From Actinomycetes bacterium (GTDB lineage: Bacteria > Actinomycetota > Actinomycetes > JACCUZ01): 45,076 nt of DNA. How positions within the stretch are numbered: the first letter of the stretch is position 1; every line of letters begins with the position of its first letter. Below, piece by piece: positions 1 through 8,462 of the stretch. Below the pieces are notes generated by a model. That model searched no databases. It was not told the origin of the DNA and saw only the letters and a list, made by a program, of their open reading frames with translations. The position numbers and the translations under genes are program-made. Where the stretch lies: NCBI GenBank assembly GCA_035759075.1, contig DASTVO010000152.1, forward strand, positions 1 to 45,076. The letters are read 5' to 3'.

Positions 1-6
1 TTCCCG

Positions 7-1032
7 GTGACCCGACTACCCTCACCTCGCATGGCTGACCTGACCGTGGGCTACGCGGCGATGCTGGAGCAGTTCGGGCCGCGGGAGGCCGTCGACCTCA
101 CGGTCCTGGCCGAGCAGCACGGGTTCTCCGGGTGCATGGCCGCCGACCACTTCCAGCCGTGGGTGCCGTCCCAGGGCGAGTCGGCGTTCGTGTGGAACGT
201 GCTGACGGCGGTCGGGGAACGTACGACCGGGGATCTCGGGCCCGGCGTCACCTGCCCGTCCTTCCGCTTCCACCCGGCGGTCGTCGCGCAGGCGTCGGCA
301 ACCCTCGAGGCGATGTACCCGGGCCGGCACTGGCTCGGCGTCGGCGCCGGCGAGGCGCTCAACGAGCACGTGGTCGGCGGCTACTGGCCGGAGGCCGCCG
401 AGCGGTCACTGCGGATGTTCGAGGCCATCGACGTCATCAAGAAGCTCTTCGCCGCTTCCGTGGCCGGCAAGGACGTCAAGCACCAGGGTCGCTTCTTCAC
501 CCTGGAGACGACCCGACTGTGGACGATGCCGGCCGAGCCACCGCCGGTCCTCGTCGCGACCGCAGGACCGGTCAACGCCAAGCGCACCGGTCGGCACGCC
601 GACGGGATCATCACCGTCGGCGCTCCGCTGGAGAAGGTCGACGGGCTGTTCGCCAAGTTCGCGGAGGGCGCCCAGGAGGCCGGCAAGGACCCGGACAGGA
701 TGCCGAAGGTCCTCCAGCTGCACCTGTCCTGGGCCGAGACCGACGAACAGGCGCTGGCGAACGCGATGACCGAGTGGCCCAACGGCGGCATGAAGTTTCC
801 CAAGGCCGACATCCGCTCCCCGCACGACTTCGCCGCGATGGCCGCTCTGGTCCGCCCCGAGGACTTCGCGGGCCGCATGGTGATCTCAGCCGACCCGGAC
901 GTGCACCTGGCGCACATCCAGAGGTTCGTCGACCTCGGCTTCGACCGCGTCTACCTGCACAACGTCGGCCGTAACCAGGCCGAGTGGATCGAGGTCTTCG
1001 GTCGCGAGGTGCTGCCGAAGCTGCACCGGTGA
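7..1032 (+). CDS. LLM-class F420-dependent oxidoreductase (F420-dependent glucose-6-phosphate dehydrogenase-related family)
   Basis: 341-aa ORF with luciferase-like monooxygenase family stretches (ADHFQPW, CPSFRFHPAVVAQA, LGVGAGEALNEH). It is a paralogue of the ORF at 12451-13401. The start is either GTG 7 or in-frame ATG 31. Confidence 0.8.
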   Translation: MTRLPSPRMADLTVGYAAMLEQFGPREAVDLTVLAEQHGFSGCMAADHFQPWVPSQGESAFVWNVLTAVGERTTGDLGPGVTCPSFRFHPAVVAQASATLEAMYPGRHWLGVGAGEALNEHVVGGYWPEAAERSLRMFEAIDVIKKLFAASVAGKDVKHQGRFFTLETTRLWTMPAEPPPVLVATAGPVNAKRTGRHADGIITVGAPLEKVDGLFAKFAEGAQEAGKDPDRMPKVLQLHLSWAETDEQALANAMTEWPNGGMKFPKADIRSPHDFAAMAALVRPEDFAGRMVISADPDVHLAHIQRFVDLGFDRVYLHNVGRNQAEWIEVFGREVLPKLHR

Positions 1033-1081
1033 GTCACCCCGCGAGACCGCTCGCCGCGCCGGCGCCCCCCGGCGGGCCGCG

Positions 1082-2176
1082 GTGACCGGCCCGCTCGCGG
1101 GCGTCCGGGTCCTCGAGCTGGCAAGCATCGGCCCCGTCCCCTTCGCCGGGATGCTGCTGGCCGACCTGGGCGCCGACGTCGTGCGCGTCGACCGGCCCGG
1201 CGGCGCGTCGTTGCAGCTCGTCCCGCCTGAGCAGGACCTGCTCGGCCGCGGGAAGCGGTCGGTGCTGCTCGACCTCAAGAACCCTGCGGACGTGGACCAG
1301 CTGCTCACGCTCGTCGGCCATGCCGACCTGCTCGTCGAAGGCCTGCGCCCCGGGGTGGCGGAACGACTGGGCGTGGGGCCGGACGAGTGCCTGCGTCGTC
1401 GCGCCCGGCTCGTCTACGGCCGCATGACGGGGTGGGGGCAGGACGGCCCATACGCCGGGACGGCCGGCCACGACATCACGTACCTGGCGACGGCCGGTGC
1501 CCTGCACGCCATCGGCGACGCCGGCGGACCGCCCCAGGTCCCGCTCAACCTCGTCGGCGACTTCGCGGGCGCGCTGTACCTGACCACCGGGCTGCTGGCG
1601 GCGCTGCACGAGGCCCGCACCAGTGGGGTCGGCCAGGTGGTCGACGCGGCCATGGTCGACAGCGCGGCGCACCTGATGACCGCCTTCCACGGTCTCGTCG
1701 CGCACGGGCTGTGGCGCGACGAGCGCGGTGTGAACCTGCTCGACGGCGGCGCCCCGTTCTACGGCGTGTACGAGACCTCCGACGGCGGCTGGATGGCCGT
1801 CGGGGCGCTCGAGCCGCAGTTCTACGGCGAGCTGCTCCGGCGCCTGGGTCTGGACGTGGCCGGCGTCCCGGACCGCGCCGACCCCGCGGCCTGGCCGGCG
1901 CTGCGCGAACGGCTGGCGGCTGCGTTCGTCGCCCGCACCCGCGACGAGTGGACCGAGGTCTTCGCGGGCGGCGACGCCTGCGTGGCACCCGTGCTGTCGA
2001 TGTCCGAGGCCGCGCGCGACCCGCACCTCGTCGCGCGCGGCACCTTCGTCGAGCACGGCGGCACGGTCCAACCGTCGCCCGCACCGCGCTTCTCTCGGAC
2101 CTCGACCTCGATCGGCCGCCCACCACCCTCCCGTGGCGAGCACACTGACGAGGTGCTCGCCGAGTGGAGCGTCTGA
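1082..2176 (+). CDS. Family III CoA-transferase (CaiB/BaiF), alpha-methylacyl-CoA racemase-like
   Basis: 364-aa ORF. The N-terminus GVRVLELASIGPVPFAGMLLADLGADVVRVDRPG and the segments GWGQDGPYAGTAGHDITYLA and FYGVYETSDG are typical of this family. Confidence 0.85.
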   Translation: MTGPLAGVRVLELASIGPVPFAGMLLADLGADVVRVDRPGGASLQLVPPEQDLLGRGKRSVLLDLKNPADVDQLLTLVGHADLLVEGLRPGVAERLGVGPDECLRRRARLVYGRMTGWGQDGPYAGTAGHDITYLATAGALHAIGDAGGPPQVPLNLVGDFAGALYLTTGLLAALHEARTSGVGQVVDAAMVDSAAHLMTAFHGLVAHGLWRDERGVNLLDGGAPFYGVYETSDGGWMAVGALEPQFYGELLRRLGLDVAGVPDRADPAAWPALRERLAAAFVARTRDEWTEVFAGGDACVAPVLSMSEAARDPHLVARGTFVEHGGTVQPSPAPRFSRTSTSIGRPPPSRGEHTDEVLAEWSV

Positions 2177-2221
2177 CGCGGCCTCACCAGTCCGGCCGCC
2201 CAAATGATCTCTGGTGCCTGA

Positions 2222-3364
2222 TCAGCTGCGCACGTGTGCGTCGTCGCTGAACCGGCGCAGCGACGCGTGACCGCCGGCGTACCAGTGGATCTCCGTGACC
2301 GAGGCCGGAGACAGCTCCATGCGGTAGACCGCCGACAGCGGAGCACCGAGGACGTCGCGGACCAGCATCTTGGTGGGCGTCACGTGGGTGACGACGAGCA
2401 CCGTCCGTCCCGCGTACCGCGCGAGCAGCTTGTCGCGCGCGACCTTCACCCGACGTCGTACGGCGTCGAACGACTCACCACCCGGCGGCGCGACGGTGGG
2501 GTCTCCCAGCCACCGGGAGAGGTGCTCCGGCCACCGCTCGCGCACCTCGGCGAACGTCAGCCCCTCCCATTCTCCGAAGGCGCACTCCCGCACGCCGTCG
2601 TGCTCACGCACCTCCAGCCCCAGGGCGGCCGCCACGTGCTCCGCGGTCTGGCGGGCCCGTCGCATCGGCGAGGTGACGACGGCGTGCACGCCGCCGACCG
2701 CGGCGAAGCGCGCCGCGGCCGCGCGGGCCTGCCGTTCACCCTCGGGCGTCAGCTCCGGGTCGTGACCGCCGGCACCGCTGAACCGCTTCTCGGTGGTGTG
2801 CACCGTCTCGCCATGGCGCAGCAGCAGCATCGTGGTCGGGTCCCCGAGGTCGGCGTCCCAGCCGACGAGCGCGTTCGCCGGTGGCGGTTCGATCTCCGCC
2901 TCGTCGACCGCGGCGTCCAGCTCGGCGTTGCTCGTCGAGGCCGACCAGCTCTCACCCCGCGCCGCGGCGTCGAGCGCCTCGTTGGCCAACCGGTCGGCGT
3001 GCTTGTTGCTCTCCCGCGGCACCCAGGTGTAGGTCACCCGCTCCGGCGGCAGGATCTCGCGCGCCTCCAGAGCCAGTGGGCGCATCGCCGGATGCTTGAT
3101 CTTCCAGCGACCGCTCATCTGCTCGACCACGAGCTTGGAGTCCAGGCGGGCCTCGACGGTGGCGTCCGGGTCGAGCTCGCGGACCGCGGTGAGCCCGGCG
3201 ATCAGGCCGCGGTACTCGGCCACGTTGTTCGTGCCGGTGCCGATGAACTCTGCGCGCTCGGCCAGCACCTGACCGGTGTCGGCGTCGCGGACGACCGCAC
3301 CGTACGCGGCCGGACCGGGGTTGCCCCGACTTCCGCCGTCGGCCTCGATGATGAAGCGCCCCAC
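2222..3364 (-). CDS. Bifunctional RNase H / histidine-phosphatase (CobC-like) protein, Rv2228c-type
   Basis: 380-aa ORF. The N-terminal RNase HI motif is EADGGSRGNPGPAAYG..NNVAEYRGL..HADRLAN. The C-terminal half has the histidine-phosphatase RHGET motif (LLLRHGETVHT). Confidence 0.9.
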   Translation of the reverse strand: MGRFIIEADGGSRGNPGPAAYGAVVRDADTGQVLAERAEFIGTGTNNVAEYRGLIAGLTAVRELDPDATVEARLDSKLVVEQMSGRWKIKHPAMRPLALEAREILPPERVTYTWVPRESNKHADRLANEALDAAARGESWSASTSNAELDAAVDEAEIEPPPANALVGWDADLGDPTTMLLLRHGETVHTTEKRFSGAGGHDPELTPEGERQARAAAARFAAVGGVHAVVTSPMRRARQTAEHVAAALGLEVREHDGVRECAFGEWEGLTFAEVRERWPEHLSRWLGDPTVAPPGGESFDAVRRRVKVARDKLLARYAGRTVLVVTHVTPTKMLVRDVLGAPLSAVYRMELSPASVTEIHWYAGGHASLRRFSDDAHVRS

Positions 3365-3370
3365 GACGTC

Positions 3371-4114
3371 CTACAGGCCGGACTCGGGTGTGCGGACCAG
3401 GATGCGCCGGCACTCCTCGCAGCGCAGCACCTCGTCCGGGTCGGCGTCGCGCAGCCGACCCAGCTCGACGTTGTTCAGCTCGAGCCGGCAGCCGGTGCAG
3501 CGCCGCTGCCGCAGCTCCGCGGCGCCGACGCCGCCGGAGTGCGCGCGGATCTTCTCGTACAGCGTGACCAGCGCCTCGTCGAGCGCGCCGACCTGGGTCG
3601 CACGCTGCGCGGTCAGCTGCTCGACCTCCGCGTCGATCTCCTGGGTGGTGGTGTCGCGGGAGGCGGTGAGACCGGCGACCTCACGCAGCGCCTCGTCCTG
3701 CTGCGCGGTCAGCTCGGCGTGCCGGCTCTGTGCCGACTCGAGCCGCTCCATGATCTCCAGGACGATCTCCTCCAGGTCGCCCTGCCGCTTGGCCAGCGTC
3801 GCGATCTCGTGCTGCAGGCCCTCGAGCTCCTTCGGCGACGAGACCTGTCCCGCGTCCAGCCGCTTCTGGTCGCGCTCCGCCCGGGCGCGCACCTGGTCGA
3901 CGTCGCCCTCGGCCTTGGCCAGCTCGCGCCCCAGGTCGCTCTGCTCGGTCTCCGCCCCGACGATCTGGTCGCGCAGCACCGACAGCCGCTGCTCCAGCCC
4001 GGCCAGCGCCACGTGCTCCGGAAGGGTGGCCCGGCGGTGCGCGAGCTGGTCGATGCGGGTGTCGAGGGCCTGGACGTCGATGAGGCGCTGCTGGTCGGAG
4101 GCGGCGGCTTTCAG
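3371..4114 (-). CDS. C4-type zinc-ribbon coiled-coil protein (DUF164, Rv2229c-like)
   Basis: Long coiled-coil region followed by CTGCRLEL...CEECRRILV. Recognisable similarity starts at codon CTG 4114-4112, which overlaps the upstream gene's TGA as CTGA. The only canonical in-frame start is ATG 4240, which would overlap Nif3 by about 130 nt. The 5' end is therefore uncertain. Confidence 0.75.
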   Translation of the reverse strand: MKAAASDQQRLIDVQALDTRIDQLAHRRATLPEHVALAGLEQRLSVLRDQIVGAETEQSDLGRELAKAEGDVDQVRARAERDQKRLDAGQVSSPKELEGLQHEIATLAKRQGDLEEIVLEIMERLESAQSRHAELTAQQDEALREVAGLTASRDTTTQEIDAEVEQLTAQRATQVGALDEALVTLYEKIRAHSGGVGAAELRQRRCTGCRLELNNVELGRLRDADPDEVLRCEECRRILVRTPESGL

Positions 4115-5253
4115 CTGTGGCTCCTCGAGTAGGACGTCCAGGGGTCCGTGACGATCGCGCTGACGCGGGTCTCCACCGTATCCGCCTCCCCACCGAGCCC
4201 GCGCCGCAAGCGGTCCGCGGCGTCGGCCAGCCAGGGCCACTCCGTCGCCCAGTGCGCGCAGTCGACCAGGGCGAGGCCGCCGTGCTCGAGCGCCTCCGAC
4301 GCCGGGTGGTGGCGCAGGTCCGCCGTCAGGTAGACGTCGGCGCCGCTAGCGCGCACCTCGTCGAAGAGGTCGTCACCGGCGCCGCCGCAGACAGCGACCG
4401 TACGGACCTCGCCGTCCGGGTCGCCCGCCGTCCGCACCCCTGCCGTGGTCGACGGGAGAGCCGTGGCCACCGACTCTGCGAAGCGGGCAAGCGTGGTCGG
4501 CGCGGCCAGTCGTCCGACGCGGCCGGTACCGCGGCGGCCCGGCAACGACGCGAGCGGCAGCAGGTCGAAAGCGGGCTCCTCGTACGGGTGGGCCGCCCGC
4601 AGTGCCTCGACCGCGGTCAGGCGAGCCGCGCGCGGCACGACCATCTCGACCCGCGCCTCGGCCACCTGCTCGCGCCGGCCGACCTCCCCGACCGCCGGCG
4701 ACGCGCCCGGCCGGGCCGTGAAGGTGCCGGTGCCCTCGGTGCTCCAGGCGCACCGGTCGTAGTCGCCGATCCGTCCGGCGCCGGCTGCAGCGAGCGCGTC
4801 GACGACCCGGTCCACGGCATCCAGCGGCACGAAGACCACGAGCTTCTCGGCCGGCGCCGTCGGCTCGGGCCGCAGCGGCCGGACGTCCTCGGTGACCCCG
4901 AGGGCAGCGGCGAGCGCGTCAGAAACTCCGGGGTCGGCGACGTCGGCGTTGGTGTGCGCCACATGCAGCGCCACACCGGCGCGGACGAGAGTGGTCACCG
5001 CCCGGCCCTTCGGGTGCGACCCGGCAACGGAGTGCACCGGGCGCAGCAGCAGCGGGTGGTGCGCGACCAGCAGGTCCGCCTGCCACGCGACGGCCTCGTC
5101 GATGACCTCCTGCACCGGGTCGACCGCGAAGAGCACGCGTCGCACCGGCTGGCCGGGGTCACCGGTGACCAGCCCGACGGCGTCCCAGGAAGCGGCACCG
5201 CGCGGGTCGTACAGACGGTCTAGGACCGCGACGACATCGGCGAGCCTCGTCAT
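4111..5253 (-). CDS. Nif3-like dinuclear metal centre protein (GTP cyclohydrolase 1 type 2 homologue)
   Basis: The ORF begins MTRLADVVAVLDRLYDP..WDAVGLVTGD and contains VAHHPLL, and ends VDCAHWATEWPW. ATG 5253 overlaps the upstream stop as ATGA. The 544-aa ORF in the track carries a spurious Arg-rich N-terminal extension. Confidence 0.9.
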   Translation of the reverse strand: MTRLADVVAVLDRLYDPRGAASWDAVGLVTGDPGQPVRRVLFAVDPVQEVIDEAVAWQADLLVAHHPLLLRPVHSVAGSHPKGRAVTTLVRAGVALHVAHTNADVADPGVSDALAAALGVTEDVRPLRPEPTAPAEKLVVFVPLDAVDRVVDALAAAGAGRIGDYDRCAWSTEGTGTFTARPGASPAVGEVGRREQVAEARVEMVVPRAARLTAVEALRAAHPYEEPAFDLLPLASLPGRRGTGRVGRLAAPTTLARFAESVATALPSTTAGVRTAGDPDGEVRTVAVCGGAGDDLFDEVRASGADVYLTADLRHHPASEALEHGGLALVDCAHWATEWPWLADAADRLRRGLGGEADTVETRVSAIVTDPWTSYSRSHS

Positions 5254-5660
5254 CCCCGGGCCCGCACCTGGAACGGCCGCTGCCAGTCCGAGCGCGTCTC
5301 GCCGTCGATGGACAGCTGCCACGCGTACCGTCCGGGCGGCAGTGGGAACGGCGGGACGTTGACCGCGAAGGCGAAGTCGATGTCGCTGCCGGCGGGGGTC
5401 CCGGCCGGACGGCCGACCTCGAACGTGCCGTCGACCCGGACGCCGGCGCCCCCGTCCGCGTTCACGGGCCGGCCGTCCTCGTCGACGAGCACGATCTCGA
5501 ATCGATGCGACTCGTTGGCGGCGCTCCACGGCACGTCGAGCTTGATGGCCAACGACATCGGCGGCACGTCCGGGCCGGTCACCGACCACCCGCCGCCGAG
5601 GACGTAGAGCTTGCCGTTGACCTCCTGCGCCGCGTCCGCCAGCAGCATCGTCACCCGCAT
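5250..5660 (-). CDS. Conserved hypothetical protein
   Basis: Start taken at the internal Met of the 173-aa ORF, giving MRVTMLLADAAQEVNGKLYVLGGGW. Codon usage is typical, and the gene is translationally coupled (ATGA) to Nif3 downstream. I cannot name a family with confidence. Confidence 0.6.
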   Translation of the reverse strand: MRVTMLLADAAQEVNGKLYVLGGGWSVTGPDVPPMSLAIKLDVPWSAANESHRFEIVLVDEDGRPVNADGGAGVRVDGTFEVGRPAGTPAGSDIDFAFAVNVPPFPLPPGRYAWQLSIDGETRSDWQRPFQVRARG

Positions 5661-5809
5661 CGGGGCATCGTGCCACGGCACCCCCCCGGCCTGCGTCCAC
5701 CGTCGAGGGGTCGTGGTCTGCGTCGTACTGGTCGGCGCGTCCCACCTCTGAGCGGCACCCTGCGCCGACACGGGGTTTGGGCCGACGTCGCAGCGGTGAC
5801 GCCTAGGGC

Positions 5810-5986
5810 ATGCAGCAGTCCGCCGCCCGCCAGTCGATCGTTCCGCCCCTGCGCATCCTCATCCCCTCGGTGGTGGGGATGCTGCTGGTCCTCGGGGCGG
5901 CCTACTTCGCCGTCGCCGCGGCGATCGAGTTCGGCGGCGAGGACTGCGCGGGCACGAAGAACGAGGTTCTCGACCGCTGCCGTTGA
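5810..5986 (+). CDS. Candidate small membrane protein (58 aa), absent from the ORF track
   Basis: My own translation of ATG 5810 to TGA 5984-5986 gives MQQSAARQSIVPPLRILIPSVVGMLLVLGAAYFAVAAAIEFGGEDCAGTKNEVLDRCR. It has one hydrophobic helix, a C-terminal Cys pair and GC-rich third codon positions. Confidence 0.35.
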   Translation: MQQSAARQSIVPPLRILIPSVVGMLLVLGAAYFAVAAAIEFGGEDCAGTKNEVLDRCR

Positions 5987-6151
5987 TGCGGACCGCGCGG
6001 TTTACCTCGCCTGCGCTCGGGCATCGCTGCCCAGCCGTCCCGGGACCGTCCTTGCGGGGGCAGGGCGGGGGCACCGTCCCGGGTACGGCACCAGTCTTTC
6101 GGCGCACGGGCGACGGCCCTGGCCACGAGTGACCGACCTAGGCGAACGTTG

Positions 6152-6225
6152 TGGGCGCAGACGGACTCGAACCGCCGACCCCCTGCTTGTAAGGCAGGTG
6201 CTCTAACCAGCTGAGCTATGCGCCC
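6152..6225 (-). tRNA. tRNA-Val (anticodon TAC)
   Basis: The reverse complement folds as a 74-nt cloverleaf. Acceptor is GGGCGCA/TGCGCCC, anticodon arm is CCTGC-CTTACAA-GCAGG and the T-loop is TTCGAGT. CCA is not encoded. Confidence 0.9.
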
Positions 6226-6299
6226 GGGGCCTGGTGAAGGGTAGCCGCAGGCGGGTGCCAAGCCGTCGCACCGTCGCGGCGTCCGTCGTGATCATCTGG

Positions 6300-6343
6300 G
6301 CCGCTCCGGAGATCATCTGCGCTCGGATGATCTCCGGAGCGGC
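6300..6343. repeat. Perfect 18-bp inverted repeat (hairpin with 8-nt loop)
   Basis: GCCGCTCCGGAGATCATC-tgcgctcg-GATGATCTCCGGAGCGGC. The motif GATCATCTG also occurs at 6290-6298 and 6311-6319. The element lies between the ahpE 3' end and the tRNA-Val 5' end. Confidence 0.8.
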
Positions 6344-6371
6344 ACGAACGATCTTGCCCGTGGCGTCGGCG

Positions 6372-6416
6372 GCCGGCAGAAGTCGACCGCCGGCAGAAGT
6401 CGACGGTCGGCAGAAC
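6372..6416. repeat. 17-nt tandem direct repeat, about 2.6 copies
   Basis: GCCGGCAGAAGTCGAC occurs at 6372-6387 and again at 6389-6404, followed by a partial copy GTCGGCAGAAC at 6406-6416. Confidence 0.7.
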
Positions 6417-6432
6417 GCGCGGTGCCCGCCGG

Positions 6433-6891
6433 CTAGAGGTCAGCGATCGCCTTGCGGTAGTCGTCGACGTCGCGGGCGTCCGGGATCCCCTTGACCACAG
6501 TCCACCGCACGACCCCGTCCCGGTCGACCAGGAAGGAGCCGCGCAGGGCGATCCCGATCTCGGGGTGCAGCACCCCGTAGGCCTCCGCGACCTCGCCGTG
6601 CGGCCAGAAGTCCGACAGCATCGGGAAGGTGAGGCCCTGTTGGTCCGCGAACGCCCGCAGCGCGTACATCGAGTCGGTCGAGACGGTGAGGACCTCGAGG
6701 TCGTCGGCCACCAGGTCGTCCAGGGCCGCCTGCAGAGCCGTCAGCTCGCCACCGCAGACCCCGCTGAACGCCCACGGGTAGAACACCACCAGCACGGCCT
6801 TGCGGCCGCGGAGGTCGGAGAGCCGGACGGTCTGTCCGTGCTGGTTCCTGAGGGCGAAGTCCGGGGCGGGGTCTCCGACGGACAGCGGCAT
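6433..6891 (-). CDS. ahpE: Peroxiredoxin, AhpE-like (1-Cys/AhpC-TSA family)
   Basis: 152 aa. The sequence MPLSVGDPAPDFALRNQHG..VLVVFYPWAFSGVCGGEL carries the peroxidatic Cys context. Size and neighbourhood match Rv2238c as I remember it. Confidence 0.9.
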   Translation of the reverse strand: MPLSVGDPAPDFALRNQHGQTVRLSDLRGRKAVLVVFYPWAFSGVCGGELTALQAALDDLVADDLEVLTVSTDSMYALRAFADQQGLTFPMLSDFWPHGEVAEAYGVLHPEIGIALRGSFLVDRDGVVRWTVVKGIPDARDVDDYRKAIADL

Positions 6892-6933
6892 GCGAGAGGT
6901 CCTTTCCGGTGGCCGCGCTGGCAGGATGCCAGT

Positions 6934-7884
6934 GTGTCAGCCACCTCCCCTTCGCCCGTCGCACCGTCCGCGGATGAGCGCGGGCTCGCGTCCTGGGACG
7001 CCGCCGACGTGGCCGACCTGGTCCTGCCGGCGTGGGACGAGTTCCTCGAGATCGCCGACGCGGTCGACCTGGACGCTCCGACGCGCGTCAGGGGCTGGAC
7101 CGCACGGCAGGTGTGCGTGCACCTCGGCTCCTGGCCGGGGAGCCGGACTCTCGAGCGGATGCGGGCCGAAGCCGAGCGCGGCGACGTCGACCCGCGCGAC
7201 CCGCGGGGCGGGACCTTCGACCAGCAGAGCCACAACGAGGCGGTGCTGGACGCCCGGGCCGGTGCACCTCGCGCCGACGTGCTCGCCGCGCTCGCGGACT
7301 CGCGCGTCGAGGTCGCCGAGTACCTGGCGGGCGACGAGCCGGCGACGCTCGGCCGGCAGCCGGTGCGCTCAGTGCTCGGGCCGCTGCCGCTGACCACGCT
7401 GGTGGCAGCCGCCGCGTACGAGCTGGCCGTGCACGGCCTCGACCTCACGACGGCGGGTGGGCGGCGACCCTCGCCCGGCCTGCTCTCCGCCGGGCTCGCC
7501 TCGCTGGTCGACACGACCGGCGCCCTGGCCGCCCGCTGCGGGCTGACCTCCACCGCCGCCTGCCTGTCACCCGAGGGCGGGTGGGCCTTCGCGGCGCGCC
7601 GGGGAGCCTGGACCACCCTGGAGCTGCCGGAGGTCCCCTCGGGGTGGCCGGCCGTGGAGGGCTCCGCCGCGGACCTCCTGGACGCGTCGGCCGGCCGCAG
7701 GTCGGTGCCGCCGATGCTGGCGCTGCGCGAGCTACGGCTGCACCACGTCGGAGGTCTGTTGGCCCTGGCGCCCATCGTCGAGGCGGTCCCGGGCCTGCCG
7801 GGAGGCGCGGCCATGCAGGTGGCTCTGCGCAACGTACGCGGGGTCAACCGGCTGCTGCGGCGGCTGCCCGGCCTGTCGCGCTGA
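6934..7884 (+). CDS. Mycothiol-dependent maleylpyruvate isomerase N-terminal (DinB-like) domain protein
   Basis: Start chosen at in-frame GTG 6934, because the upstream part of the 439-aa ORF is antisense to ahpE. The motif RVRGWTARQVCVHLGSW is typical of the MDMPI_N/TIGR03083-type domain. Confidence 0.55.
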   Translation: MSATSPSPVAPSADERGLASWDAADVADLVLPAWDEFLEIADAVDLDAPTRVRGWTARQVCVHLGSWPGSRTLERMRAEAERGDVDPRDPRGGTFDQQSHNEAVLDARAGAPRADVLAALADSRVEVAEYLAGDEPATLGRQPVRSVLGPLPLTTLVAAAAYELAVHGLDLTTAGGRRPSPGLLSAGLASLVDTTGALAARCGLTSTAACLSPEGGWAFAARRGAWTTLELPEVPSGWPAVEGSAADLLDASAGRRSVPPMLALRELRLHHVGGLLALAPIVEAVPGLPGGAAMQVALRNVRGVNRLLRRLPGLSR

Positions 7885-7899
7885 CCGCGACCGGCGGCG

Positions 7900-8331
7900 T
7901 CAGCGCCCGGAGCGGCGGGCGACGAGCCGGGTGCCCGACCAGTCGGCCGCGGCCGAGATGCTGCTCGTCTGGTGCAGGCCGGCGGTCGGGGCAGCGTCAC
8001 CGATGTCGCCCGGCTCGACGTGCCCGTCGCGACCCGCCTTCGGGGTGAGCAGCCAGACCACTCCGCCGTCGCCCAGCGAGATCAGGGAGTCGACGAGGGC
8101 GTCGACGAGGTCCCCGTCACCCTCCCGCCACCACAGCAGCACCGCATCGACGACGTCCTCGTAGTCCTCGTCGACGATCTCGTTGCCGGTGAGCTTCTCG
8201 ACCGAGGTCCGCAGGTCGTCGTCGCAGTCGTCGTCGTAGCCGAGCTCCTGCACGACCTGTCCCTCACGCAGCCCGAGCCTCCCGGCCAGCTGGCGATCCT
8301 TGTCCGCGTCGTCCGCGGTCTGGCTCACCAC
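7900..8331 (-). CDS. DUF3052 family protein (Rv2239c-like)
   Basis: 143 aa containing GLREGQVVQELGYDDDCDDDLR...VLLWWREGDGDL...VWLLTPK, which is characteristic of this conserved actinobacterial protein. Confidence 0.85.
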   Translation of the reverse strand: MVSQTADDADKDRQLAGRLGLREGQVVQELGYDDDCDDDLRTSVEKLTGNEIVDEDYEDVVDAVLLWWREGDGDLVDALVDSLISLGDGGVVWLLTPKAGRDGHVEPGDIGDAAPTAGLHQTSSISAAADWSGTRLVARRSGR

Positions 8332-8462
8332 TGACCTCCCGTTGCGCTCGCGACCAGCGTCGACCGGGCGGCCGCTGCTGTTGGCGGGTAGTCAAGACGC
8401 ACCGGACCCTCCGATGCAAGCGCTTCGGGCGATCCACGCGCCGGGGCGGTTGCCGGGCAGGC

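Noticed and set aside
4111-5745. The 544-aa ORF suggests a much longer Nif3 protein.
   Set aside because: The extra N-terminal roughly 160 aa are Arg/Gly-rich and overlap the separately coding DUF gene (5250-5660) in another frame. ATG 5253 gives a normal Nif3 N-terminus and an ATGA coupling with the upstream gene.
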